Both the position numbers and the translations under genes were made by a program. The notes beneath the pieces are model-generated. The model did no database searches, was not told the DNA's origin, and saw nothing but the letters and a program-made list of their open reading frames with translations. Below are positions 47,029-55,466 of a stretch of 64,000 bases of DNA, in pieces. Origin of the DNA: Verrucomicrobiales bacterium (GTDB taxonomy: Bacteria > Verrucomicrobiota > Verrucomicrobiia > Verrucomicrobiales > V1-33); the NCBI GenBank assembly GCA_018003315.1, contig JAGNEJ010000010.1, forward strand, positions 11,044 through 75,043, in the 5' to 3' direction. Numbering within the stretch: position 1 is the first letter of the stretch; each line of letters opens with the position of its first letter.

Positions 47029-48831
47029 TCAGTCGGTTGTTTTCAGCACCTCGACGAAGGCCTCCTGGGGGATGTTGACTTTGCCGAACATTTTCATCCG
47101 CTTTTTGCCTTCCTTTTGCTTTTCGAGGAGTTTGCGCTTGCGGGTGATGTCGCCGCCATAACATTTGGCAGTGACGTTTTTGCGCATGGCGCCGATGGTT
47201 TCCCGGGCGATGACTTTGCCGCCGATGGCGGCCTGGATGGCTACGGAGAAGAGCTGTTTGGGAATGACATCGACCAGTTTTTTGGCCAAGGCACGGCCGC
47301 GGGCCTCGGCTTTGGAGCGGTGGACGATGGTGGCGAAGGCGTCGATGGGGTCGCCGGCGATGAGCATGTTCATGCGGACGAGGTCGTCGCCCCGGAAGCC
47401 GGCGTGTTCATAGTCCATGCTGCCGTAGCCGCGGGTGATGGATTTGAGCTTGTCGTTGAAGTCCACGAGGATTTCGTTGAGCGGCAGGGTGCAGGTGAGC
47501 ATGACCCGGTGGGTGTCGAGCGTTTCGGTGTTGTCCACCAGGCCGCGCTTTTCCATGACCAGTTGCATGATGCCGCTGATGTAGTCGTTGGGAATGAGAA
47601 TGAAGGCGTGGACGATCGGCTCGCGGATTTCCTCGATGACGCCGGGATCCGGCAGCATCGTGGGGTTGTCCACCTTGACTTCCTCTCCGTTGGTCAGGGT
47701 GACCTCATAAACGACGCTGGGGTAGGTCGAAATGATGTCCATGTTGTATTCGCGGCGCAGGCGCTCGGTGACGATTTCCATGTGGAGCAGTCCGAGGAAA
47801 CCGCAACGGAAGCCGAATCCCAGCGCGGCGGAACTCTCCTGCGAGTAGCGGAAGGCGCTGTCGTTGATCTGCAGCTTGCCCATGGCCAGCTTCAACTGTT
47901 CGAAGTCGTCCGCGCTCACCGGATAAATGCCGCTGAAGACCATGGACTGCATCTCCTTGAATCCGGGAAGCTGTTCGTCCGCGCCGCCATACTGGTTGGT
48001 GATGGTGTCGCCGATCTTCACTTCGCCGGTGGATTTCATGTTCGCCACCACAAAGCCCACATCCCCCGCCTCCAGCCGTTCGCACCGGGCCTGTTTCGGG
48101 GTGAAAATGCCGACCTCTTTGACCTCATACGCCTGGTTGGTGTGAATCATGCGGATGCCGGTGCCGCGCTGCAGGGTGCCGCTGACCACGCGCACATACA
48201 TGACCACGCCGCGGTAGGAATCGAAAACACTGTCAAACACCAGGGCGCGCAGCAGGCCGTCCTCTGGAACCTTGGGCGGCGGAATGCGCTCGATGACCGC
48301 TTCCAGAATGTCCGAAACGCCGAGTCCCACCTTGCCGCTGGCATGGATCGCCTCCTCGTGCGGCGTCTGCAGAATGTCCTCCAACTGCTTGTTGACCGCG
48401 GGAATGTTGGCCGAGGGCAGGTCGATCTTGTTGATGACCGGAATGATGGTCAACTGCTGCTGCACCGCGAGGTGGAAATTGGCCACCGTCTGCGCCTCCA
48501 CGCCCTGTGCGGCATCCACCAGCACCAGGGCACCCTCGCAGGCAGCCAGGCTCCGGCTGACTTCGTAGGAAAAATCGACGTGTCCTGGAGTGTCGATGAG
48601 GTTGAGTTTGTAAACGTTCCCGTTTTTCGCCTGGTAGCGCATGGTGACCGGGTGGCATTTGATGGTGATGCCGCGCTCCCGCTCCAAGTCCATGGCGTCG
48701 AGCAACTGATCCTGCATTTCCCGCTTGCTGATGGTGCTGGTGACTTCGAGCAGGCGGTCGGAAAGCGTGGTTTTCCCGTGATCGACGTGGGCGATGATCG
48801 AAAAATTTCTGGTAAATGCGGCCTCGGACAT
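47029..48831 (-). CDS. lepA: Translation elongation factor 4
   Basis: Starts [29 protein letters not shown], contains DTPGHVDF, and the C-terminus is ...[16 protein letters not shown]. Internal ATG at 48829-48831. Confidence 0.95.
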   Translation of the reverse strand: MSEAAFTRNFSIIAHVDHGKTTLSDRLLEVTSTISKREMQDQLLDAMDLERERGITIKCHPVTMRYQAKNGNVYKLNLIDTPGHVDFSYEVSRSLAACEGALVLVDAAQGVEAQTVANFHLAVQQQLTIIPVINKIDLPSANIPAVNKQLEDILQTPHEEAIHASGKVGLGVSDILEAVIERIPPPKVPEDGLLRALVFDSVFDSYRGVVMYVRVVSGTLQRGTGIRMIHTNQAYEVKEVGIFTPKQARCERLEAGDVGFVVANMKSTGEVKIGDTITNQYGGADEQLPGFKEMQSMVFSGIYPVSADDFEQLKLAMGKLQINDSAFRYSQESSAALGFGFRCGFLGLLHMEIVTERLRREYNMDIISTYPSVVYEVTLTNGEEVKVDNPTMLPDPGVIEEIREPIVHAFILIPNDYISGIMQLVMEKRGLVDNTETLDTHRVMLTCTLPLNEILVDFNDKLKSITRGYGSMDYEHAGFRGDDLVRMNMLIAGDPIDAFATIVHRSKAEARGRALAKKLVDVIPKQLFSVAIQAAIGGKVIARETIGAMRKNVTAKCYGGDITRKRKLLEKQKEGKKRMKMFGKVNIPQEAFVEVLKTTD

Positions 48832-48952
48832 GCAGGTGGTGTTTGGGAGGGGTATGGGTAGGAGCAGCCCGGCAAATGTAAAGGGCCGGGTCCCGCACCA
48901 CTCCCAGCGAACAGGCCGCTTCCGGACGGGACGATCCCCTGACTGAAACAGT

Positions 48953-48999
48953 TGGCGCACCCCTGAGGATTCGAACCTCAAACCTTCTGATCCGTAGTC
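48953..48999 (-). pseudogene. Truncated tRNA-Arg(ACG)-like 3' portion (anticodon loop to CCA); putative phage attachment-site remnant
   Basis: The reverse complement reads ...GA-CTACGGA-TCAGA-AGGTT-TGAGG-TTCGAAT-CCTCA-GGGGTGC-G-CCA. The T arm, 3' acceptor strand and an ACG anticodon loop are intact. No matching 5' acceptor strand (GCACCCC) or D arm lies upstream. Confidence 0.6.
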
Positions 49000-49109
49000 C
49001 GGGAAATCGCCGGTTCACTCCGTTGGAGGGCGGTTAAGAAAAGGCTTATTTGCCCTTATTTACCCTAAATTAAGCCGGAAATTTGTAACCGAATTTGTAA
49101 CGGTGGCGA

Positions 49110-50135
49110 ATGAAGATCCAGGGACTTGGGAAAAATTCACATGGGCTTTACTGGTTTCGACCCAGCCGCAAGGGACTGCCGGCCGGGACGCGGCCGAAGC
49201 CGATCAACCTCGGCACCCGCGACGAAGACGAAGCGATTGCCAAGGTGCTGGATTTGCGGAATCAAGGAACCCTGGCCCCGGCCGGGCAGCAGACGATCCA
49301 GCAATTGGTTGATGCCTACATGGCGGCGAAGACCGCATCAAGGAAGCATCGGCAGAAAACGACACAAAGTATGAAGCAGCGGCTGCACCATTTTGCCAAA
49401 TGGTTTGCCGGCCGTGCAGTTCGGGAATTGACCAGGGCCGACATCCAACGATGGTATGCCGGATGCGCCAACGGCCGCCGCAGCAATTCGACGTTGCATC
49501 AGTTTTATCGCTACGTCCGCGCCTTCCTGAACTGGTTGGTGGAGATGCGGATCATCCGCGAAAATCCCGCGAGCCGGCTGGCGGTGCCTGCGCCAAGCCA
49601 GTCGCGCCGGGAGCTTTTTTGCACGACGGCACAACGGGATGCCATCGTCAATGCATGTGTCCGGGATGATCTGCGATTCGTCCTTCTGGCGGGATTTTTC
49701 ATGGGCCTGCGCATCAATGAAATCGTCAACTGCCGGTGGAGTTGGTTCTCGTCGGATTTGTCGGTCTGCACGGTGCAAAATTCCGCTGGATTCACGACGA
49801 AAAGCGGCCGGGAGCGCACGATGCCGGTGCATTCCAAAGTGAGGGAATTTTTGCAGCGCCAGCCGCGGGGTGACGGCTATATCCTGGCTCCAAAGAAGGT
49901 GCAGGGGAAGAATTGGCTGCGCTGGGATCCCGTGGTGCCGTTCAAACTGCTGGTGAGGGAATGCGGTCTGCCGTGGGTGAGTTTCCATGTCATGCGGCAC
50001 ACGTTCGGGAGCCTGCACGCGATGGCCGGAACCCCGGAAATCAAAATCCGCCGGTGGATGGGAATCACGCAGGCGACATGGGAGCGGCATTATGCGGGGC
50101 TTGCTCCCGATGATGCGGCCATCGAGGCGATTTAG
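49110..50135 (+). CDS. int: Tyrosine recombinase / phage integrase
   Basis: SAM-like N-terminal region. The catalytic C-terminus is ...GLRINEI...HVMRHTFGSLHAMAG...ATWERHYAGL (R..HxxR..Y pattern). Confidence 0.85.
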   Translation: MKIQGLGKNSHGLYWFRPSRKGLPAGTRPKPINLGTRDEDEAIAKVLDLRNQGTLAPAGQQTIQQLVDAYMAAKTASRKHRQKTTQSMKQRLHHFAKWFAGRAVRELTRADIQRWYAGCANGRRSNSTLHQFYRYVRAFLNWLVEMRIIRENPASRLAVPAPSQSRRELFCTTAQRDAIVNACVRDDLRFVLLAGFFMGLRINEIVNCRWSWFSSDLSVCTVQNSAGFTTKSGRERTMPVHSKVREFLQRQPRGDGYILAPKKVQGKNWLRWDPVVPFKLLVRECGLPWVSFHVMRHTFGSLHAMAGTPEIKIRRWMGITQATWERHYAGLAPDDAAIEAI

Positions 50136-50797
50136 CGCCGCCCTGTAAACCGGTCCCAATGCTCCTGATTTCGGCGCATGGCGGCTTCACGGTTTCTCTC
50201 CAAATCGTCCAATTGATGATTCGGCTCAGAACGACGCATGATTTCGAGCATTTCCCGTTGCTGCTCAATGATTTCCTTCTGCTGTTCACGAATGGCATTT
50301 TGTGATTGTGCCACGGCTTGCCTTTCCCGCTCCAAATACGCACGGGCATCCAATTCTGCGGCGGCCTGCGCCTTCTGCCTCCGCTCAGCCGCTCGGCGCT
50401 CCTGGCTTGCCGCCAGAGATTTGCGGATCTGATCGGCGAAGCGGAGTTCGTCTTTTCGATCTTCAAGACGGCGTTTTTCTTCTTCTTCTTCTTCTTCTGC
50501 TTTCTGTGATTGCTCCCCTGATTGCATGGGCTCAATTTGGTCGGAGAGAGCAACGACTGCCGGAGGCTCCGCAACAACGTGGACGGATTGCATGGACTCG
50601 ATTCCCTCGATGGTGGCGCCAACATCACGGGCAGCCGGATCCGACTTTTCAGACAAACTGGACACTTCAAGCCGGGGAATTGATACAGGCGCTTGCCATC
50701 GGACCGGAATCTTTGGGGCGAACAACGATGGGATGATCCCGACCATGGCCAAGGCAGCCACTCCCGGCCAGATGATCCAAGCGAGTGATACTTTCAT
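50132..50797 (-). CDS. Membrane-anchored coiled-coil protein (phage, function unknown)
   Basis: Start chosen at MKVSLAWIIWPGVAALAMVGIIPSLF (TM). A Glu run encoded by (CTT)n at about 50477-50497 follows, then a charged coiled coil. Confidence 0.45.
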   Translation of the reverse strand: MKVSLAWIIWPGVAALAMVGIIPSLFAPKIPVRWQAPVSIPRLEVSSLSEKSDPAARDVGATIEGIESMQSVHVVAEPPAVVALSDQIEPMQSGEQSQKAEEEEEEEKRRLEDRKDELRFADQIRKSLAASQERRAAERRQKAQAAAELDARAYLERERQAVAQSQNAIREQQKEIIEQQREMLEIMRRSEPNHQLDDLERNREAAMRRNQEHWDRFTGRR

Positions 50798-50852
50798 GCC
50801 TGCGCTAATACAGGTCTTATTAGCGCGGATCAACGCTATTTTTGACAGTTGT

Positions 50853-52967
50853 TCACGCTTCCAAATCCCCATTCTGCATCCGCTCCAGTCCGAGGCGCCG
50901 GACAACGTGCTCGAAATACTGGCCTTTGACACCCTCTCCTGACTGCACAATTCCAAGCAGCGTTGAATCGATCCTGGCCTGCTCATCGTCTGACAACCGG
51001 GACCATGGAAGCGTCAGGGTGTAGTAGTCCCTGACGACGGCGATGGCCTGGCCGGCGGATGCGAGTGATTGCTCGGCCTTGTATTTGCTCAGCGTGACTC
51101 TGGCGTTGTATTTGAGCGCCTTCACATCCCTCGCGGCCACGGTCAATTCGACTGGAACGTCACCGTCGAGGTAGATGAAGGTTTCCTCGTCGTCCAGGTG
51201 CTTGTAGAGGCATTGAACGAAGGCGTGGGAAGCGGCATTTAGTCCTGTTTCTAGGCTGCTGATGAAGACGGCGAACATTTCCATGCCGGACTTTTCGATA
51301 TTCTTGATGCCGGTTGCCAATTTGGCTGAATCCATGCCTGCGACGTAGTTGTCGTTTGCGTGCTGGACTCCGGATTCGTTCATCGCGAGTTGGAGGAAGA
51401 ATTGCAGTTCGTCGGTCAGATTGTCGTATTTGTTATCGTCGAGATAGACGACATTGATGATGTCCTCGGGGGTTTTTCCTTCCCTCGGCGTGTAGGTCTT
51501 CCCCCAATTCAGGATCAGGTTTGGGTTGGCGTCCCCCTCGACGGTGTTCTGCGGCCGCCAGAGTGTCACCCTGCCGCTTTCGCTTTGCGCCCTGTTTCGT
51601 CGGTTCACGAGCAGATCAACTGTTGATTGATAGGACTCGAACAATTCGATTGCTCCCTGTCCATACCATCGATTCAGGACCGGCTTGGCGCGGACGATCT
51701 GGAACGGCCTCAGTCCGTCGTCGGTGACTGCTGCGGTGTAGTCGTAGAAGATCGGGGTTTTGCTGGCCAGGTCCATGACCAGCATGATGTCCTCCATGTA
51801 TCCGTCTCCATCGGCATCGTAGCGCAGATAGAATTCGCCGATGGTCATGACCGGATCGGGCGTTTCCGGTTCGGTGGTTTCTCCGAGTTCCGGGCGCATC
51901 GCATCGAACGAGCGGCGGGTTGATTCCTGGTTCAGCGCATTGCGGATTGCTTCGACGGCGGCTTTCAGTTCATCCATGGATTCGCCTGGGCTGGTCATGT
52001 AGTCGGCGGCGAGTTGATTGGCGCTGTAATCCATGACATGGCAGATGCAGTCGGCTGATTGGATGTCGGTGGCATTCAGCGGGCAGAGAAAATCCCGGAA
52101 GTAGACGATTTTCGGGTCTGGTCCCTGGTAGTGGATGATTTCCTCATCGATCATCGTTTCTTGGAATTGGAGCATGGGGGGCATTTCCGTTGTGCCGTCC
52201 CGTTTGAGGATTTTCGATCCCCCTGGGTTGTTTGGGTCTGCCGGGATCCATTCATCATCCTGTCGGATGGGCTGGCCATCCGATGCGGTGAGGGGAAGTC
52301 CGTTTCCATCGACGGCGACGGTTTCCTTGTGGCGGTAGAATGATGCTTTGCGAGTGGTGGTTGTTTTGATGATGGCTTCGCCGATTTCAAATGCGATCGG
52401 GATGGCCGACTGGATGCGCGACTGGTTTTCGTTTTCGTCGAGTTTTGCCTGCACGAGATTGTTGAGGGTCTTCGCCATGGTGATGTCATTCAGGCCAACG
52501 TGTTCGACGGCCAGCCATGGGTTTGTGCCGAAGAAGTAATTGCCTGCGCGGGCCGCCATTTGCCGGCAGATTCTCCGGCAGAGTGGAACCACGAGATTGC
52601 TTTTGGCAAAGATGCTGTTTTTCATGAGCAGGGGGCGCCACGAGAAGTCATTTTCTGCGATGTGCTGGTAAAGCAGTCGCTTCGCCATGAACAGACGCTC
52701 TTCTTTTTTCTCATCGGTGCGTTGGTTGAGGAAAAGCGCCGTTCCGTCAATGTCGGTGCGGGTTTGTTCGCGGCCTAATTCCTCATCGAGTTGCTGGAAG
52801 CGATTTGCTGCACGCAGGCATAATGCGTCTTCCTGCGCCCTGGTCAGATGCAGGTTTGATGGAAACACCTTCCGTGGCTTGTCGGGGCCGGGCGGTGGGA
52901 GTTTTTCATAGATTTCGTCGATAAGCTCGGCGCTGTCTCCGATGGTGATGTCAGGCTCTTTGTGCAT
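50853..52967 (-). CDS. Putative phage portal protein
   Basis: 704 aa, acidic. Its size and composition resemble podovirus or N4-like portals, and it sits in an element that also carries scaffold-like and capsid-like genes. No Walker A motif, so terminase is unlikely. Not verified by any search. Confidence 0.45.
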   Translation of the reverse strand: MHKEPDITIGDSAELIDEIYEKLPPPGPDKPRKVFPSNLHLTRAQEDALCLRAANRFQQLDEELGREQTRTDIDGTALFLNQRTDEKKEERLFMAKRLLYQHIAENDFSWRPLLMKNSIFAKSNLVVPLCRRICRQMAARAGNYFFGTNPWLAVEHVGLNDITMAKTLNNLVQAKLDENENQSRIQSAIPIAFEIGEAIIKTTTTRKASFYRHKETVAVDGNGLPLTASDGQPIRQDDEWIPADPNNPGGSKILKRDGTTEMPPMLQFQETMIDEEIIHYQGPDPKIVYFRDFLCPLNATDIQSADCICHVMDYSANQLAADYMTSPGESMDELKAAVEAIRNALNQESTRRSFDAMRPELGETTEPETPDPVMTIGEFYLRYDADGDGYMEDIMLVMDLASKTPIFYDYTAAVTDDGLRPFQIVRAKPVLNRWYGQGAIELFESYQSTVDLLVNRRNRAQSESGRVTLWRPQNTVEGDANPNLILNWGKTYTPREGKTPEDIINVVYLDDNKYDNLTDELQFFLQLAMNESGVQHANDNYVAGMDSAKLATGIKNIEKSGMEMFAVFISSLETGLNAASHAFVQCLYKHLDDEETFIYLDGDVPVELTVAARDVKALKYNARVTLSKYKAEQSLASAGQAIAVVRDYYTLTLPWSRLSDDEQARIDSTLLGIVQSGEGVKGQYFEHVVRRLGLERMQNGDLEA

Positions 52968-53002
52968 TTGCGTTTTGGGTAAATAAGGGCTGATTAGGGC
53001 TT

Positions 53003-53410
53003 ATGAAGCGTGGTTCGTTCGTCGATTTGATGCGTGGTGTCCGGGAAAAATCCGGCATGTCGCTCGCTGATGTTGGGAAGTCCGCTGGGATTTCCCGCGG
53101 TGCTGTCTGGCGCATGGAGACTTCCGGGTATCCCCTCCCTCGTGGTCGCACGCTGGAGCGGGTTCTCCGTTATGGATACGGGCTGGACGCCACCGATGGG
53201 ATTTATGTCAGCATCGTTTCCCGTTGGACACAGGAACGGCTTGGTTCGTCGGTGCATCCGCGCATTCCGCAGGGCCGTGCAGCCGTCATCGAACGCATTG
53301 CCGGGCTGTCCCGCAGTCATTTTTTGACTCTGGCTGCGCTTTCCAGTGATCCTGGATTGCTTGATCTGGTATCGGCGATGGTCCGGGCTCATCGTAGGGC
53401 GGCGGTGTAA
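53003..53410 (+). CDS. XRE-family helix-turn-helix transcriptional regulator (phage repressor-like)
   Basis: HTH segment is GMSLADVGKSAGISRGAVWRMETSG. Divergent from the portal-like gene with only 35 bp between them. Confidence 0.65.
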   Translation: MKRGSFVDLMRGVREKSGMSLADVGKSAGISRGAVWRMETSGYPLPRGRTLERVLRYGYGLDATDGIYVSIVSRWTQERLGSSVHPRIPQGRAAVIERIAGLSRSHFLTLAALSSDPGLLDLVSAMVRAHRRAAV

Positions 53411-54390
53411 AGGTTTTCCATCAGCGCGGCGTGAATGCTTGGGATTTCCGCCTCGGTGGCTTGGATGACTTTTCCCGGCCATGATTTTTTCACTATTTCG
53501 GGGGTGATTTTCGGGTGTTGAACGGCCGGAACGCGGTAATGCCAGATGGCTTCATTCGCGATTTGTGTCAGAAATTTGTGCAGTCCGCCGTTTTGATCGA
53601 TGGCCTTGTGGGCGCCGATGTCTTCGCAGGTGTCGCGGTATAGGTTGCATCCGGCGTGGCAGTAGCCTGAATAGGATGGGTCGGTATTCTTCATTTCGGC
53701 CGGCAGAATCAGGATTGGGGAGTGGAATCCGGCCGGGACTCTCTGCCACCACATTTCCCGGTTTTCTGTGCCGCTGATGTTGGATCGGTCTGCCGCCTGT
53801 CCGGCGAGCCACCATTTGGGAGCAAAGACCGGCCAGTCGCTGCGCTCGTGCGCAATCCCGAGTTGGTGGTCGATGTGCCAACCTCGATGGCTCATGTAGT
53901 CGGGCGCATAGAGGCAGTGCGCCGACATTTTGCTCATGGCGCTTTTGTGGACGGCATAGGCGTGGGTGCGGTTGATGTTGGCGCCACGCAGCCAGTGCTT
54001 GCTCGTTGGTGTCGGATCCTTCAAATGCTGGCCACCGAGATAGATTTGACCCCACGAGTCCGGCCAATCCTGATCGTAGAGCGCAAGGTGGTCCTGTGCG
54101 TTCAGTGCAAAAATCGCGTCGTCCTCCAGAATCAGGAGCGAATCAATATGGTCCATGATCGCCTGACTGATTGCGATGATGTGGCTCAGGCAGCAGCCCC
54201 ATGCTCCATTTCCGGCATTCCACCATGCCGGAGGGTTCATCCAGTCGCCGGATACTGCCTTGATCCATGTCACTTTTTCCGGGTCGGCCATGCCTGTCGC
54301 TCGCAGATTCTCGGTCAGTCGCTGCTTGCGGTCTGCCTTGTAGGGGAGATTCAAAATTGCGATCCGTTCAAATTTGTCGTGGAGTGTCAT
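53389..54390 (-). CDS. Glycosyltransferase family 25-like (LPS/LOS type)
   Basis: Starts MTLHDKFERIAILNLPYKADRKQRL and contains ...GAWGCCLSHIIAISQAI...LLILEDDAIF. The ATG overlaps the upstream stop (ATGA at 54387-54390). Confidence 0.6.
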   Translation of the reverse strand: MTLHDKFERIAILNLPYKADRKQRLTENLRATGMADPEKVTWIKAVSGDWMNPPAWWNAGNGAWGCCLSHIIAISQAIMDHIDSLLILEDDAIFALNAQDHLALYDQDWPDSWGQIYLGGQHLKDPTPTSKHWLRGANINRTHAYAVHKSAMSKMSAHCLYAPDYMSHRGWHIDHQLGIAHERSDWPVFAPKWWLAGQAADRSNISGTENREMWWQRVPAGFHSPILILPAEMKNTDPSYSGYCHAGCNLYRDTCEDIGAHKAIDQNGGLHKFLTQIANEAIWHYRVPAVQHPKITPEIVKKSWPGKVIQATEAEIPSIHAALMENLYTAALR

Positions 54391-55466
54391 GGTCGAAGGA
54401 ATTTTTCCAGCATCTTCGGGTTGCGGGCCATGGCGTAGAATTCGCGGTTGGATTTGGCCTGGGCTGCCGTGTAGCGTTTCCATCGCGGAGGTGATCCATT
54501 GGCGACGCCTTCATATCTGACAATGGCCTTTCCGGCGCTGGGCGCTCTGACGAGCAAATAAGGGAAATTCGGGCCGAGTCGTTCCACCCTGCCGCTGCAC
54601 GGAGCCGGCGCATCCGGCAGGACGGATGTCATGATGATTGTCTCTCTTCGGACGCTCGCGAGGAATTCCGGCGGCAGCAGCGCAATGCCTTCCCCGTGAT
54701 GGTCGAGTTGGATGGCCGTTGTGTCTTCAAAGACGGCTTCGGGCCGTTCCACGGCGAACCATCCAATGAATCCGTCGCGAAATGGAACGATGGCGGATTT
54801 CGCCGAACTTGATCCGCTGCCTGATGATGATAAACTGCCGCTGCTGCTGGATGACGATGAAATACCGCCGCCGCGGCCGAGGACATAGACGCCGGCAACG
54901 GATGTGGCGATGGTGTATTTTGTCCCGTCCTTTTTGAGAGTGGCGATTTTGAGAGCGGTTTCCCCTTCGCTCAGGCTCGGTTCTGATTCGCCGATCATGA
55001 CATGCACGGCAGTCAGCATTCCCGTTTCGTCTCGAATGTGAACGTGCCAGGTGCTTTGGTCTGGCTGGATGGTGAATGTTGGCAATGATGTCAGCGGGGT
55101 GCCCTCGTAGGTTGGGATGACCGGTGTCAGTGTGCCGTCGGTGTCCTCGAAGATGACAACTCCTGGCGCTTCCGTTCCCTCCCAATCGTCACCGCTGAGT
55201 CGTTTGGCCCGCAGCACGAACGGGCATCGGCCCTGCGGTTCTTCCCGGATGTCCTTCGCGAGCAGGATATAAACGTCACCGTCGGTGTCATTGACGGTGG
55301 TTTCACGGAATTCTGAAAAATACTCGTTCCATTTCAACAACGCCTCATGGGTTTCCTTGATACTTTTGAGCATCAGGTCATCATGGAGTTGCCTGATGCC
55401 GTCCGGAGGCGTTCCAAACAACGGGGCCGGTGGCCGGTGGTGCAGTGTCGGTCTAGGCTTTTCCAT
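54387..55466 (-). CDS. Phage protein with Ser-rich linker, paralog B
   Basis: Linker is GGGISSSSSSSGSLSSSGSGSSSAKSAIV. The C-terminal domain motif is FIGWFAVERPEAVF. Paralogous to 55453..56661. An alternative start at 55373 (MLKSIKE) is possible. Confidence 0.5.
   Translation of the reverse strand: MEKPRPTLHHRPPAPLFGTPPDGIRQLHDDLMLKSIKETHEALLKWNEYFSEFRETTVNDTDGDVYILLAKDIREEPQGRCPFVLRAKRLSGDDWEGTEAPGVVIFEDTDGTLTPVIPTYEGTPLTSLPTFTIQPDQSTWHVHIRDETGMLTAVHVMIGESEPSLSEGETALKIATLKKDGTKYTIATSVAGVYVLGRGGGISSSSSSSGSLSSSGSGSSSAKSAIVPFRDGFIGWFAVERPEAVFEDTTAIQLDHHGEGIALLPPEFLASVRRETIIMTSVLPDAPAPCSGRVERLGPNFPYLLVRAPSAGKAIVRYEGVANGSPPRWKRYTAAQAKSNREFYAMARNPKMLEKFLRP

Noticed and set aside
46999-48861. 620-aa plus-strand ORF
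   Set aside because: It is antisense to lepA, whose GTPase motifs are unambiguous. Its translation is Gly/Asp/Val/Ala-rich with no motifs.
48953-49030. Complete tRNA gene on the minus strand
   Set aside because: Only the anticodon loop through CCA folds correctly. The expected 5' acceptor strand GCACCCC and a D arm are absent, and the anticodon stem forms only 3 of 5 pairs. It was called a truncated fragment instead.
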